The translations under genes were made by a program, and so were the position numbers. A stretch of 64,000 bases of DNA from Cyanophora paradoxa CCMP329 (lineage: Eukaryota > Plantae > Glaucophyta): the NCBI GenBank assembly GCA_004431415.1, contig QPMI01000005.1:1178001-1242000 (forward strand). Direction: 5' to 3'. The notes below the pieces were generated by a model. The model was not told the DNA's origin, searched no databases, and worked only from the letters and a program-made list of their open reading frames with translations. Below, piece after piece: positions 50,532 through 63,300 of the stretch; positions within the stretch are counted from its first letter, which is position 1; every line of letters begins with the position of its first letter.

Positions 50532-51950
50532 CTACAGAACAGAGATGGAGTGCTCCGCCGCCCAAGAGTGGCCGTCGGCGGTGAATGCCGCGTCGTCGTG
50601 GAAAGTCGCCGCGTTGTCGTTCGCGTCGGCGTCGGCGGAATCGTCCGCAAAGCTCGGCTCCTCGCCCGCGCCAGCAGCCTGCGCGAGGCGATTCAGCGAT
50701 TCAGCGGCCGGATTCGAATCCGAGATCAAATCGGCGCACGTAGGCCAGGAAGTGCGAGTCGTCGGCCACGATGTTGTTGTGGTCGTCCAGGTGCGCGGCC
50801 TTCTCCTCGAACTGCGAAAGAATCAGCGGCGCTGCATGCGAGATCCGGCGGCGCGGTCGCGCTCGCCTTGTCGGTCGCGCGCTCGAGCGCCGCGGTGAGC
50901 TTGTCGAAGAGCTCCTTCAGCTCCGGCACGTTCTTGTCGAAGATGCCGCTAATCTGGACGCGACAGATAAGGAACAGAATGGAATGGAAGAGCCGCAGGG
51001 AGTCGGCGGACCTTCTCCGCGGAGTTGGCGATCTTCTTGGCGCCTGCGGCGGGGAACTGGCTTCAGCGGCCGCGGCGGCCGGCGTGGATCGGCCACACGC
51101 ACCGACGGAGATCTTCTTGGTGACCTTGCCGAGCTTCTTGAGGCCCTTGTTGAACTTGAAGGTGGTCTGCGCTCGCCCGCCGCCGGTCAGGGACAGCCCG
51201 CTGGAACTCCGGGGCGCGGCAAGGCCGCCGCCAGGCGCACCTTGACCGCCTTCTTGAGGGCCTTGGTGAGCTTCTTGTTCGACTTCACGAGCTTCTTCAC
51301 CTGCGGGCCGCGGGCAGCCGTGTGAGGGCCGGCCGTTTCTGGGCCTTCGGGCGGGGGTCGGTCTCACGCTGCGGGTGAGCTTCTTCGCGCCCTTGCTGAA
51401 CTTCTTCACGTTCTTCGTCAGCTTCTTGACCTACACGGACGATGCATGGTCAGCATTGGCCGCCGGGCCGGCCGAGGTGGTCGTCGAGGGCCGCAACGCA
51501 CGCTCTTGGCCAGCTTCTTTGCGTTCTTGTTGAACTGCTTGGCACCCTTGAACGCTTTGCACTTGATTTTGTTGCACTTCTTCTCCTTCTGGGACTTGCT
51601 CTTCTTGGGCGCCTTGGGCTGCGGCTGGGGGATCAGCTCCGGATCGGAAGGCCGGTCAGACGGACAAGAAACGCGTCTATAAGTCTCTGGGATCGCTTTA
51701 CATGGGCACAACGGGGACTCGGCAGTGGCGTCCGCCAGCCGCCGCCGGGTGGCCATTCCGAGCCACCCGGCCGAACCGGGCGGCCGGGGCGCCGCGAACC
51801 AGCGAAGCACGGTTAAACCCACTCTATAAAAGCCCCGGACAACGGGGCGACGCCCCGGGCGATGTCTGGAGGGTTCGGACAGGCGGAGCTCTGAATCAAA
51901 CGCACCGCAGAGCTGTCCTTGATCAGGTCGAACATATCGTCGAGGCCCAT
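50532..51950 (-). CDS. Hypothetical Lys-rich amphipathic heptad-repeat protein with acidic tail; first exon tentative
   Basis: MGLDDMFDLIKDSSA|PQPKAPKK...AKQFNKNAKKLAK|VKKLTKNVKKFSKGAKKLTRS|VKKLVKSNKKLTKALKKAVK|TTFKFNKGLKKLGKVTKK..|ISGIFDKNVPELKELFDKL...|AAGAGEEPSFADDSADAD...HSISVL stop. Confidence 0.65.
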
Positions 51951-52205
51951 GGCTTCTGCTCTCCTCTGTGTGCTGCTGCTGGCGACTGGAGGGCGGATGA
52001 CGCGGCGATGCACAAAGACCTGGACACCACTCTGGGGGTACGGCGCTGAGGCGGCTTGGACCACCCGGTGCGGGTACAGCGCCTGCGCGGCTAATTTGCA
52101 ACCGGCGAAGTGCTTGGCGCCGAGTTGCCGGGGCTCCTCATGATCACTGCAGCGCTCGGCGGCGGCGGGCGACAGCGGATGAACGTCTCTTAGGCGCAGA
52201 TCGCG

Positions 52206-55200
52206 ATGGAGCGGCCGAGGCCTGTGCGCAGGCTCGGCGACGACGTCGCCCCGCTCGTCCGCGCCGCAGCGCTCGTCCCGTCCGTTGCCGTCGCCGTGGG
52301 GGCCCTGGTCGAGAACGGTGAGCCTTTGAGCTGCAGAGCGATCGTCGCTTCCTCTGCGAGCGCTCACGCGTGCCCGCACGGCCCCGCAGCGCTCGACGCC
52401 GGCGCGACCTCTGTAGATGTGAGCGCCGACCTCGCCACGGTGCGTGGGGCGAACGAAAGCGCTCGCGATGAGAAAACTAAAGAGCGCGAGGGCGCAGTCC
52501 ACTCTGCGGGTGGAGGACAACGGGACGGGGATCGCCGAGGCGGACCTGGAGGCGGCCGGCGAGCCCTCGTGCACCTCCAAGATCGCCTCCGCGGCAGATC
52601 TGGAGGACCTGCGCACATTCGGCTTCCGCGGCGAGGCGCTCAGGTGGAAGGCGCGCTCGCAGGGTGACGTCACCGGCGCTTACGGCGCGCGCCGCCAGCT
52701 CCCTCTCGCAGGTTTCCGTCGTCGAGATCGTGACGCGCGCGGGCGAGTCGGCCGCCGGGCCCTCCTTCAAGATTCTCAGCGTGCCCTCTGCTCCCGCGCC
52801 CCTTCAGAGGGAGAGCCCTCCACCCAAACTCGCTCTTGCGCAGGGCGGGCGGACGATCTCCGCGGGCCCCTGGCGAGGCTCCCGCGCCGTCGGTACCAGC
52901 GTCACGTGCACCGGTGCCCGCTCGAGTGTACCCGCCCCGGCTCGTGCCCCTCCCGTTCGAACCCGTACCCCCAGACCTGTTCTTCAACCGGCCCGTCGTC
53001 CGCAAGATGCTCGCGTGCGTTCGCGGGCGCAATCTTGTACCCCCGCACGCCTCAATGCGCTCTGCAGGACCGACGCCGGCGCGGCGGCCGAGTGGGACCG
53101 GATCCGGAGGGCACGCCGTACCCCTCCGCCCCTCCTCGGACCCCTCATTTTACTTTCGCCGCAGCGGGTGGAGAGACTCGCCCTGGCCTGTCCCCACGTC
53201 GCTGTTTCCCTCTCGGACGCCCAGCGGGGTGCCTTCGTTCTCCGGACCCGCCGGGTACGCTGCGGCAGGCGCAAGCCAAAGTTCCCCGGTCGGATTCGAG
53301 CCCGCGGTCGGAGGCAGGTGAACGCCGTTCCCATCCGATTCGGCGAGCTTTTCGGGAGGGCGCGCGGGGACCGCCTCCGCCCCGTGCAGGACGTGCGTAC
53401 CCCTCCCCACCTTCTTCCCCCCCCCCGGCCCTTCTCCCGTGAGTCCGGATCTGGCGCAGGTCGAGACGGGACCCCTCCGCGTCACGGGCTTCTGTACCCC
53501 TCCCCCGGACGGCCACTCCTCGAAGGATCTCCAGTTCCTCTGTGCGCGCGCCCCCGTGAAGCGAACCCGCCCGCCCGGAATCGAACCCGAGATCCGCACG
53601 CGCGCAGACGTGAACCGCCAGGCCGTGCACGGTACCCCCCTCCACCGCATCGCCAACCGGCTTTACCAGCAGGTGCTCGCCCCCCGCCACCCGCACGCCT
53701 ACCCCGCGCCGATCTCGCGCGCCAGTCTTTCGTGGCGGGACGGTGGGGCTCGGCGCCGGCGGGCGGGCGCCCGTCCCCCGGCCGCAGCGCAGCCCAGCAA
53801 TCCCGCGAGGCCGGGGAGGGGTACGCCCTCCCCCGGCGCCGCTTCCACGCCGCTGCTTTGAATCAACCAACCCCGCCCCAGATCCTTCCCCATGTTCGTC
53901 ATCTTCATCACGTGCCCGACGTCCTGGTGCGTTGTACCCCCTCTTTCTTCCCCCCCGCTGGTGACATGTACCCAGGTACGACATGGAAGTGGGGCCCGAT
54001 CGGACGGCGATTGAGTTCTCGGACTGGTACCCCCTATCTGAAGCCCTCTCCTCGTCTCTGGCCCCCCTCTTCGCCCGCCCCGTACCCCCCTCGGTTCCAA
54101 TCCCAGTACCCGGGCCGGCTACTCCTCCTTCAGTTGGAACCGCCCCGCGGCCCTCTACCCCCGCGACCGCTTCGGACATCGGGGCCCCCTCCCGGCGTCT
54201 CACGCTACCCCCCCAGCCCGATCCGGCCACGCCCCCCTCGGACTCTTCCCCCTACTTCTTCTCCCCCTCCCCCTCCTCGTCCCGGAAGCGACGGCCCTCG
54301 GAGAACGAAGAAGAGGGGGGGACGAGCCCGGGGCCCCCGCCCGCCCGCCCGCGTCGCTTCGACCTCCTCCTGTCTCGCGCGGCCGGCCCCGCCCCGCCCC
54401 CCGCCGCCTCGCCGCCCCCTTCGCCCCCTCCGCCCGAGCCCCCTCCGAGCCTCGAGAAGGAGCGGGGGGGTACGGCATCCCTCGACGACCTCCTGCGAAC
54501 GTGGGGCGGGGGTGGCGGCGCCGGGGGCCGATTCCTGGCCCCACGAGAGCCCGCTATCCCAGACGCCGGCGCCGCCCTCGCCGCCGCAGGCTCGTCCCAG
54601 CGCCGAGCCGCTTTCTCCTCGTCGTCCTCCTCCGGCCCCGGCCCCGCCGGCGCCCCCATTACCCTCTCGCGTGACTCTCTTTCCCGCCTCCGGGTGCGCT
54701 GCACCCCGTACCCCCTCCGCTCCAAGAGCAAACGCGTACCCCCGGGCAGCTCGTGGGGCAGGCGGCGGACCGCTTCATCGTGGCGCTGGACCCCCTCGAC
54801 GGGACCCTGTGCGCCTACCCCCCTCGCTTCTCCCCCCCCTCCCCCTGGGCCCCCCGCGTACCGCCCGCTCTCTCTGTACCGTCCCTCTCCCCCTCTGGCC
54901 TACTCCCCCACCCTTTCCCGGACTCGCGTACCGCCCCTCCACCCGCCCCCTCCAACCCCTCTGATCGAGCCTGGAAGGAGCCCCCGACCTGACCTGCGGG
55001 GCCTCGTGTACCCCCCCCCCTTCTCCCCCCCCCCAGGATCGCGGTCGACCAGCACGCGGCGGACGAGCGGGTGCGGCTGGAGGCGCTCCTAGAGGCGACC
55101 TTCCCGGAGGGGGGCGGCGGCCCGCCCCCGGCCCTGGGCCCCCCCGCCGTGCGCCCGTTTAGAGCTCGTCGTTGGCTCGCGTTATGCGTTTCTAGCTGGT

Positions 55201-56424
55201 TCTCGAGGCGGGGTGGCGGCCCGCCCCCGGCCCCGGGCACCCCCGCCGTGCGCCCCGCCCAGCCCCGCCGGGCCGCCTGTTCTAAAGGCTGTCGTTAGCT
55301 CCCGTCTAAATCTTTTCTAGCGTTTCTAGCTGGTTCTTCTGGCTCTTGTCTGGGGAGCGGCCCGCCCCCGGCCCTCCTCCCTGCCATGCGCGAGCCTCCT
55401 TTCTACTCTAGCTGGCTGGTTTCTAGCTTGCTCTTATGATAAGCTGGCGTATTATAAGCTGGCGTCTAGCTCGTTCTTAGCGTTTCTAGCTGGTCCCCCC
55501 GCGGAGGGCTGCCCGCCCCCTGCCCTCCCCAGACTTTCCCCAGTGCGCCCAACCTTCCCTAGAGCTTGTTCTTAGCATGGTTCTAGCTTGTTGTTCTGCT
55601 ACCTTCTACCTCATATATATGCATGACCGATTCCTCCTTTCTCTCCGCAGGCGGCGGACGAGCCGCTGCTGGTGACGCCGCAGGAGAGGGCGGCGCTGGA
55701 GAGGGCCCGCCCGCACCTCGAGCCCTGGGGCTGGTCCTTCTCGTTCGAGGCCGGTACCCCCGAGGCCGGCGAGGGGTACACGCGCGGCCGCCTCCGCTCC
55801 GCGCCGCGCCTCTTCGGGGCGACTTTCACAGCCGCGGATCTGAGGGAGCACGCGGCGGACCTTTGGGCCTCGCCGGCCCCGGCGACCGTTCGCCCTCGCC
55901 CCGTCCTCCGCCTCCTCGCATCCCGAGCCTGCCGGGGGTACGAACGTAGCTTTCAGCCAGCTTGCTTGGGTTTGAGCGATCGGCCCGGTTCGAATCTCGG
56001 CAGGGCGATTATGTTTGGGGACAGGCTGGACCCGGGGCGCTGCGAGGAGGTCCTGGCCTCCCTCGCCGGCTGCCGTCTACCCTTCCAGTGTGCGCCGTAC
56101 CCCGTATCCCCGTGGGCGCCCCCCCGTACCCCCCACTTCGCTAAAGCTTGCTTGCTCGCAGGCGCGCACGGGCGCCCCTCCATGGCGCCCCTGGTCCGCC
56201 TCCCGCCCCTGGCGCGGGCGTCCCAGGGCGCGGACGGGGCCTCGGGCTTTGATGCATGCGACGCCGTCCGCGATCGCGAGTTCGCGGCGGAGGCGGAGGG
56301 CGGGCTGGTGGGACCCCTCCGCATCGGGGCCCTCGCCGCGGCCCACCGGGGGGCGCGCGGGCCGCCCGGCTTCCCCCGCCAGACTCGGGAATCGGAGCCG
56401 GCGTCAGCGTCAGTGCTTCACTAG
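52206..56424 (+). CDS. MLH3: DNA mismatch repair / meiotic crossover protein MLH3 (MutL family)
   Basis: GHKL ATPase motifs LVEN|ALDAGA, VEDNGTG, TSK and TFGFRGEAL, plus DLFFNRPV. The endonuclease motif is DQHAADERVRLE. C-terminal ACRG|AIMFGD and LPFQC|AHGRPS are characteristic of MLH3. Confidence 0.93.
55110..55560 (+). repeat. Four degenerate tandem copies of an exon-end/donor region within an MLH3 intron
   Basis: GCCCGCCCCC(G/T)GCCC recurs at ~55118, 55217, 55358 and 55511, interleaved with GTTTCTAGCTGGT. Confidence 0.65.
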
Positions 56425-57016
56425 TACTAGTACTGACTGGCACCCGCCCGACCGCGCCCGGCCCCGGCCCCCAGCTGGCGACGCCACTCGCCCAACTATA
56501 GCTAGCTCTTCCCCGTCAGCCTAGTAGCAGCTGCAGGCCTGCCACACGCACCCGTCATGCGAGATCTCTTACTTAAATACAATACAATAACTCATACGTA
56601 ACACGATTTGGTACAGTTGCAGAGTCATCACGACCGAATAACTGAACAGCAAGAAACAGGGAGCACCAGCACATAGCACGGCAGCCTGCCCACACTACTA
56701 GAAACGAATGTTACTTATCCTACCCCTATCACAATGCCCTACCGATCACGAATGCCCTACCAATCACGATCGCCCTACCGATCCGACTGCACGCCTCGCA
56801 AGTACGAATTGCAAGGCAGATTATGCAAAAAATTTGCAACGCATATACGAAAATATACGGGATATAAAGTCCGATATCTCAAAAATTGAGTCCAAAACCA
56901 GAACGGAGGCGAGACTGAGCCTCCGTGACAAAACTCCGGTTCGAAGGACATAGCGCAAAGCTGGATCCGTGGCGAATCACGAGCCACGGACGCGCTGGAA
57001 AGGGCCGCCGGGGCGG

Positions 57017-57344
57017 TCAAAAAATGATGGTCCCGCAGCCACCTGCCGAAGACAAAGACAACATCGATCAGCGGCCCGCGGATGAAGCAGAAAGAAAGAG
57101 GAAAGGAAGGAAAGGAAGGCGCACCGTACGAGAGCTTGTTCAACTCGCGGCTGGGGATCCTGACGGGTGCCGACGTTTGCACCTTCGCGGCGTGCGGGTC
57201 CGCGGCAACTTCGAAGTCGTCGTCGTCGGCATCGTCAAAGTCGTAGTAGGCGTTTGGCGCTGCGCCGTTGAACCGATCGCGGGCCGCCAGGCCGCTCGCG
57301 CTCCACTTGCGCTCAAGCTTGGCGTTCAGAATTGTCCGCGGCAT
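57017..57344 (-). CDS. Small hypothetical protein of about 81 aa, two exons
   Basis: MPRTILNAKLERKW...YYDFDDADDDDFEV...LNKLSY|GGCGTIIF stop, with a GTGCG...CTGAT...GCAG intron. Confidence 0.35.
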
Positions 57345-58639
57345 GGCCGGGTGGGCCTGGGTGCTCTTCTCGCTCGACGATCCGATTTCCACCGGCGCCG
57401 GCGATGCGCTAACTGAACCTAGACGAACCATATGCATCTCCGATCAGCAACAGGGCTCGCCGCCGGCGGAGCCTTGGCACTAATAGATCTAGACCGCCGC
57501 ACCTTGGAATTGGGTCTGCGGGCGGCGACCCTGGGACGCTTCCGAGTCGCTGTCGCTGATGTTCGCTGACCTCGACTGCTTCAGAACGCGCCTTATCGAG
57601 GGTCTGCGGGCCGCGACCATCATCAGCCGCTGGCGTCTGATCATGATCAGAGCGGATATCGACACTCGAGCTCGCCTCCTGCAGGTGTTCTCGGTTGCGG
57701 ACTCGCTGTCGCAGTCCAGGAAGCTAAACATATCTGTTTGAGGAGATGGTCAGCGCTAAACGGCGGGAAAACGGGCCTCCACGAGGGCTCGGCAATGATC
57801 ACCGTTGCTGTCCACCCGCTTCATGCCGCCGGCCGTCACCACCGCGGCGAGGGGCCTGGACGCGACGAACATGGGAAGCGCCGCAGTCGACATTTGCTTG
57901 GATTTCCGAGGCTCGTTCGGAGGACTGCAGATCGACAGGCTGTCCCTCTTCAGAGCGCGTGCACGCTGTTGCGCTGGCACAGGCCACGCAGCCCCAGCCT
58001 CCAGGCGATCGACAAGCTCAAGAAGAGTTCCGCCGCCGCGCTGTTAATGCTGCTACGTATACGCTGCTCCGCAGCGCTGGCAGCTGCTGCTGCTGCTGAG
58101 CTGCTGCCGAATCAGTGCCGATATACCCGGGTACAGCTTTGGTGAGCATCGTGCCGGCACACTGACCAACCACATTGCGGCTTCTTTCCGGATCCGGAGA
58201 TCCGGATCTTGCAGTTGGGTCCGAACTTACCACATGAGCCCTGTGCCAAAGCGCCCAGTCAGGCTGGACGGAGGATTGAGTCAACCGGCTTGACGGTCTT
58301 GACCGATCGTTTAATTTTGATTTTCAACTGCCCCAACTGCCGATGGAGGGGGGTACGTGTACGTATCAGAAGCTACGAAGGCGAACATTCGTTTGACACG
58401 AGCCACGTGGCACGTTGCACCGTGCCCATGACATATATATATATATATGGCCCCATGTGACCGTGTCACCGCGGCCGTGATCATGACGGGGGCCGGGGCG
58501 CCGGGCCGGGGGGCGTATACGTACCCGCTGCCACTAGCCTGCATCATGGCATATGCATGCCAGGCCCGCGCGGCGGCCGGCCGCGGGCGCCGGCCGCTGG
58601 CCAGTGGCCAGTGGCCATGGGGCGCGCGCGGTCGACGGC

Positions 58640-59205
58640 CAGTGATGTTATTCCGAATTAACCGAAAAACTGCCCATTCCAGGAATAATTCCTGGAATAT
58701 TCCTAGTAAGATTCCGAATTCTTTATTGTTTCTAGAAACCCTTCCCTCATACACGCGTACCGCACTGCAGCTGCGGCACCCCACGTGCACGCCGTGACGC
58801 CGGCCCAGCCCCGCCCTGCCCGCTCCTCCCCGCTTTGCGAGACCACTGTATGAACTGTCAAGCATTAAATATTGAAGCATATTCATATGCATGCGTTCGA
58901 AGGTGCAGCAGTGAGCTCGAGCTGTCGTCGTTGACGTCATCGGGCAGACCGCTTGCGGATCGGAGGCGACTCCGACGGGCCAGCTGAGCCCTCGTTCTCA
59001 CCAGACATCGATTTGCGATGCGGGCGCGCTCTGCTGGACGCTGTGTGCTGCGTTCTGGCGAAAAATCCCATGCACGAACAAGTACCCCCCCTTATTCGGA
59101 ACAATTCCTGAAAGAACGGCGTTCCCAGCACCATTCCAGGAATCATTCTAGGAATTATTCCAGGAATATAATTAAAAAATGTTTCTAGAAAGAATGCCAT
59201 AACTG
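58640..59205. mobile_element. Non-autonomous hAT-type element (MITE), 566 bp
   Basis: TIRs are CAGTGATGTTATTC and GAATGCCATAACTG (11/14 match). A perfect 8-bp TSD TCGACGGC lies at 58632-58639 and 59206-59213. Subterminal ATTCC/GGAAT motifs cluster at both ends. Confidence 0.85.
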
Positions 59206-60340
59206 TCGACGGCCCGCGGCCGCCGCCGGCATGCATGCGCATATATATGCATATGCGCGCGCAGCCCTCTAGCCCTACTAGGCTACTGTATTAGGGCGCC
59301 GGCGCCGCCGGGCCGCCGCGGCCAGCCTGGCAGGGCGCCGGCCAGGGCCGCGGCGCCGGCCCGGCCCGCCGCGGCCGGCGCCGCCGGCGGGCTAGCGCTA
59401 GCCTAGTAGCTGCGGACCTGCGGTCCAGCGGCTCGAGCTCCAGCGGCGGCTGACTCACTGTGAGTCAGTGAGCGGCCGCCGGGCCACTGCGCCGGCCAGC
59501 CTGCCGCCTAGGCCTGCATGCGCAGGCACCCAGACTAAGTAACCCAGTGCGACCCGGCCAGGCGGCCGCGGCCGCCCGGCCGGGCCTGCCGGCGCCATCA
59601 TGATCAGTGCCATGGCCTGCATCATGGCTGCATGGCCGCCGCCCGCCCCGGGCCGCCTCGGCCCGCCGACGGGCCGGCGACGGCCCGGCCCGCGCGCGCC
59701 GCGCGCCGCCCGCCGCCCGCCGGCCGCGGCGGCCCCGGGGCCGGCGCCGGCGCCGCGGCGCGTTATATATATAGAAAAATAAAAACCACTAGTAGTACTG
59801 AGTATGCCGTATACGTATAACCCGTGTTGTATTATACTATGCAAACGCTAAAATACTTGGTATTCGCCATACTGGGCGCCGGACGCAATCTAAACGATAT
59901 ACGGCCCGCCTTCGCCCGGTACCAGGCGACGTATCCGCATCTGCCGGACCAAAAGTACTAGATTAAATTGCTAGTACCGAGCCAAGACCCCTCTCCGAGG
60001 TCCCGGTCCGGCGCCGCCCGGCGGCCCCCGAACCCTAGGCCCCCTCACGGCGGCGCTTTCCCGGCCCGCCGCCCCCGCCGCCCGCAATGCATGCGCAGCC
60101 CCGTCGTACTTTCGAGGCCTCCCGCCCCCCGCCGCGCTCTCCTGCGAGGCCGGGCCGGCCGGTCCCCCCGCACGCCCGCCCTTCCCGACGGCCGCCCGAC
60201 GCCGCCCGCTGTCCCGCCCCGCGCCCCGCGCGCCTCGCCGTCCTTGTTACGCATAAAGAAGAGCGCGTGCACGGGCGGGGACCAAAAGGTGAAGGGCCCG
60301 GCAGAGGGGGGAGGGAGGGCCGCGCGGCCCGGCCCGGCCC

Positions 60341-63300
60341 ATGTCGGTCCGCACCGTCCGCGACGGCTGGGAGCGGATCGAGTTCCGCGGGCCGTTCGGC
60401 GATGATGTGCTCCACGTCTTCAAGTCGCCCGACGGCGGGCCCGTCGTGGCGTCTGCCGAGTTCATGAGGGTGATGAGGAACGCGCCGGGCGAGGCGGCGG
60501 AGGAGGCGGAGCGGGTCCTAGCGTCCCGCTACGGCGCGGCGGCGCGGCCGCTCACCGGCTCCGAGGTCGAGGCGACGATCTTGTGCTGGGAGATGCTCGG
60601 CATCGCCCGCCGCGGCGACCTGCACCCCGTGCACAACCCGCCGCGCGTCCTGAACCTACGCGTGTGCGAGGAGGTGGCCTCGGACGCGTGGGAGGCGAGC
60701 GAGAGCCGCGCCTGCAGGCGGCGTTTGCGCGGTTCGCGGCGGCGATCGAGAGGCGGCGGGCGGAGACCTTTGAGAGGGTCGAGGTCGCCGTGCTCCGCGC
60801 CGAGGGCCTGCGATTCCACGCCTTTCGGGTGCGCCGCATCGAGCACCCGGAGACGACGTGGTACGTCCCGCTGGCGAGCGTCTCGGCCGCCGTCTACGGC
60901 GACGCGCGGGACACCCAGTCGGTCCGCCGCGAGCTCGGGCGGCGGCACCCCGAGGTCGGCGAGGGCTCGCCGTTCCTCTGGCGCGCCTCGTCCAAGGCCC
61001 TCGGAAAGGAGCGCTTCCGCCTCATCTGCCGCACGATCGCTCGCTTCTGCGGCCTGGGGAACGAGGCGGGCGAGGCGCACCGGACGGCGGCGCGCCAGTG
61101 GCTCTTCCTCTCGATCGAGGCGACGAGCGGCTGCTCTTCAAGCTCCCGGGCCGCGAGCCGGCGCTGGCCGTCGCCTTTCGCCGCGCGCGGCTCGCGCTGA
61201 TGGGGCCGATCCCGCCGAGATCGACCTCGCCGCCCCGATGCCGCCGCCGGTCCGGCGGCTCGCGCTGTTCGGCCGCAAGGACTGGCTCCAGGACGCCCAG
61301 ATCGCGAACATCGTGTGCGCCCGCCGCCGCCGCCCCGGCCCGTCCGCCACGGCGCGCGCCGACGCCCGCGCCCGCCCGCCCGCAGCACGCTCCTGCTCGT
61401 CCGCGCCGGCCCCAGATCCGCGTCCGCAGCCTGTACCGGCCTCGTCCGACATCGTCGCCTCGAACCTGCGGCGGTACGCGAGGTTGGAACCGGAACGGAG
61501 GAAGAGGAAGAGCCTGGGCTACGCCTCGGAGGGTGGAATCGTTCTATGCCCGTCAGCATCGGGTACGGGCGACGGACGTCGGCGCGGAGCTGGAGCACCG
61601 GCGGGCACTGGTAAAATTGCGCGTACCCTCCGATTGTACCCTAACCCCACCCTCCCCTCCCCTCGCAGGATCCTACTCGCCGTCGACGGCGCGACGAGGT
61701 CCGCCGGGACCCCCGTACCCCCTCCCTCGTCCGACCCGAAGGAAACTGCGTACCCTCGTGCGCAGGCGCCTGCGTTGGTTCGACTCGCTCGGGCTCGCCC
61801 GGACCGCGCCGTCGAGAGGGCCGCCAAAAGGCCTTTCCGGCGTTCTCCTGGGCGTCGACACCGTCGGACGCCTGCAGACGGACTCGTTTCAGTGCGGGAT
61901 CTGGTGCGGGAGGGGGTGGACTCCCCTCGCGCCGCGCGGCGCCCGCTCACCGGCCGGGATGGGGACCGCAGGGTGTGCTTCTTCGCCGAGTCGATCATCA
62001 ACGAGGCGGCGACGCAGTTTGGATGGGAGGAGCACCTCACGGGAGCCCGCGCCCTCGGGTTCCTGCGCGAGGGCGGTCAGGATCGGGACGAGTTCGCCGC
62101 CCGCAACGGCCGCTTCATCGCGAACCGGCGCGAGGCGTTCCGGAACCTCTTGGAGTCGGCCCTCGTCGACCGCAGCGCGACGCGGCTCTTTGAGGAAGAG
62201 GACGAGGACGTGGACGGGGAGGGCATCGTTTTACCCGCCTCGGCGGGGCGGGCCGAGGCCGCCGCGATCCCCTCGTCCTCTTCCTCGTCGTCCTCCGCGT
62301 CGGACGAGGCCGAGGGCGAGGGCGGAGGGGAGGAAGAGGCGGAGGCGGAGGGCGAGGGCGAGGGCGGGGCCGCCGACGGGGGCGGCGAGGGCCCGTCCGC
62401 CGGGCCCGTCGACCGCGGCCAGTTTACGCTCGCCGCGTCGTCCATGGGCGCCACGCTGCGGGCGCAGTTGGCCGCGTTCAAAACGTGGCGAACGGCCGTC
62501 CTCGAACCTTCGCGGCGCGGGGCGCGCGTGGAAAAGGACTCGACTCTCTCGAACGACCTGTGCAACTTTCAGCGGCTGCTCGGCTACGTCAACACGCGCG
62601 AGACGATCGACGGCGAGCTCACCCTGGACTCGGTCCTCGGGCGCATCGATGCGGCCGAGATCGTGATGCGCTTCCTTCGGTACCTCAAGGACGAGCGCGG
62701 GGCGGCGCCCCTCACGCAGGTCAACTACCTCTCCTCCATCCTCTCGGTCGCCGGGTTCCTCCACACCCGCTCCGGCGCGCCGCCGGGCAGCGAGTCGGAC
62801 CTGCAGCGCGCGCTCAGGAACCTCAAGGTGCAGACGTGCGCGCCGGCGGCGGCGGGGGGACTCACCGAATCGCGTCGCAGGGCCAGCTGCAGACCGAGGC
62901 CCGGTCGGCGCGCAAGTGGGCCGCGCGGCAGGTGTGGATCGAGTACGAAGAGGTTCTGGAGGGTCGAATCAAGGCCTACGAGGCGTTTCGGGCCGAGGAG
63001 GGCGAGCGGGCGCGGGCCAAGCACCTCCGGGACGCGCTCGCCCTCGGGATGCTCTCGCTGTGCCCCGCGCGCGTCGCCGTGGTGAGGAAGCTCCGGATCG
63101 GCGACACGCTCACGCGCGAGGGCGGCCGGTGGTGCCTCTCGCTGCTGCGGATGCGGGATGAGCCCGGGGACGGCGAGGACGAGGGGCGGCTGGCGCACAA
63201 GACGGCCAAGATCCACGGCGCCATGCGAGCGACGCGTCCCCGCCCGCCCGCCCGCCGCCGGTCCCAAGCTGACGCCCCGTCCCTCGCGCAGCGTCGTCCC

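Noticed and set aside
52206-56424. PMS1/PMS2 or MLH1 assignment for the MutL gene
   Set aside because: DQHAADERVRLE and FQCAHGRPS fit MLH3. PMS2 has DQHAxDEKxxFE and WNCPHGRPT, and MLH1 lacks this endonuclease motif.
56730-56790. Three 18-bp units (GCCCTACC.ATC) and other short direct repeats considered as a CRISPR array
   Set aside because: They are contiguous minisatellite units with no unique spacers or cas genes, in a eukaryotic context.
57400-58200. Coding-like plus-strand fragments (MFADLDCFRTRLIEG; QAIDKLKKSS)
   Set aside because: An in-frame stop and no consistent splice model or domain. It may be a relic but cannot be supported.
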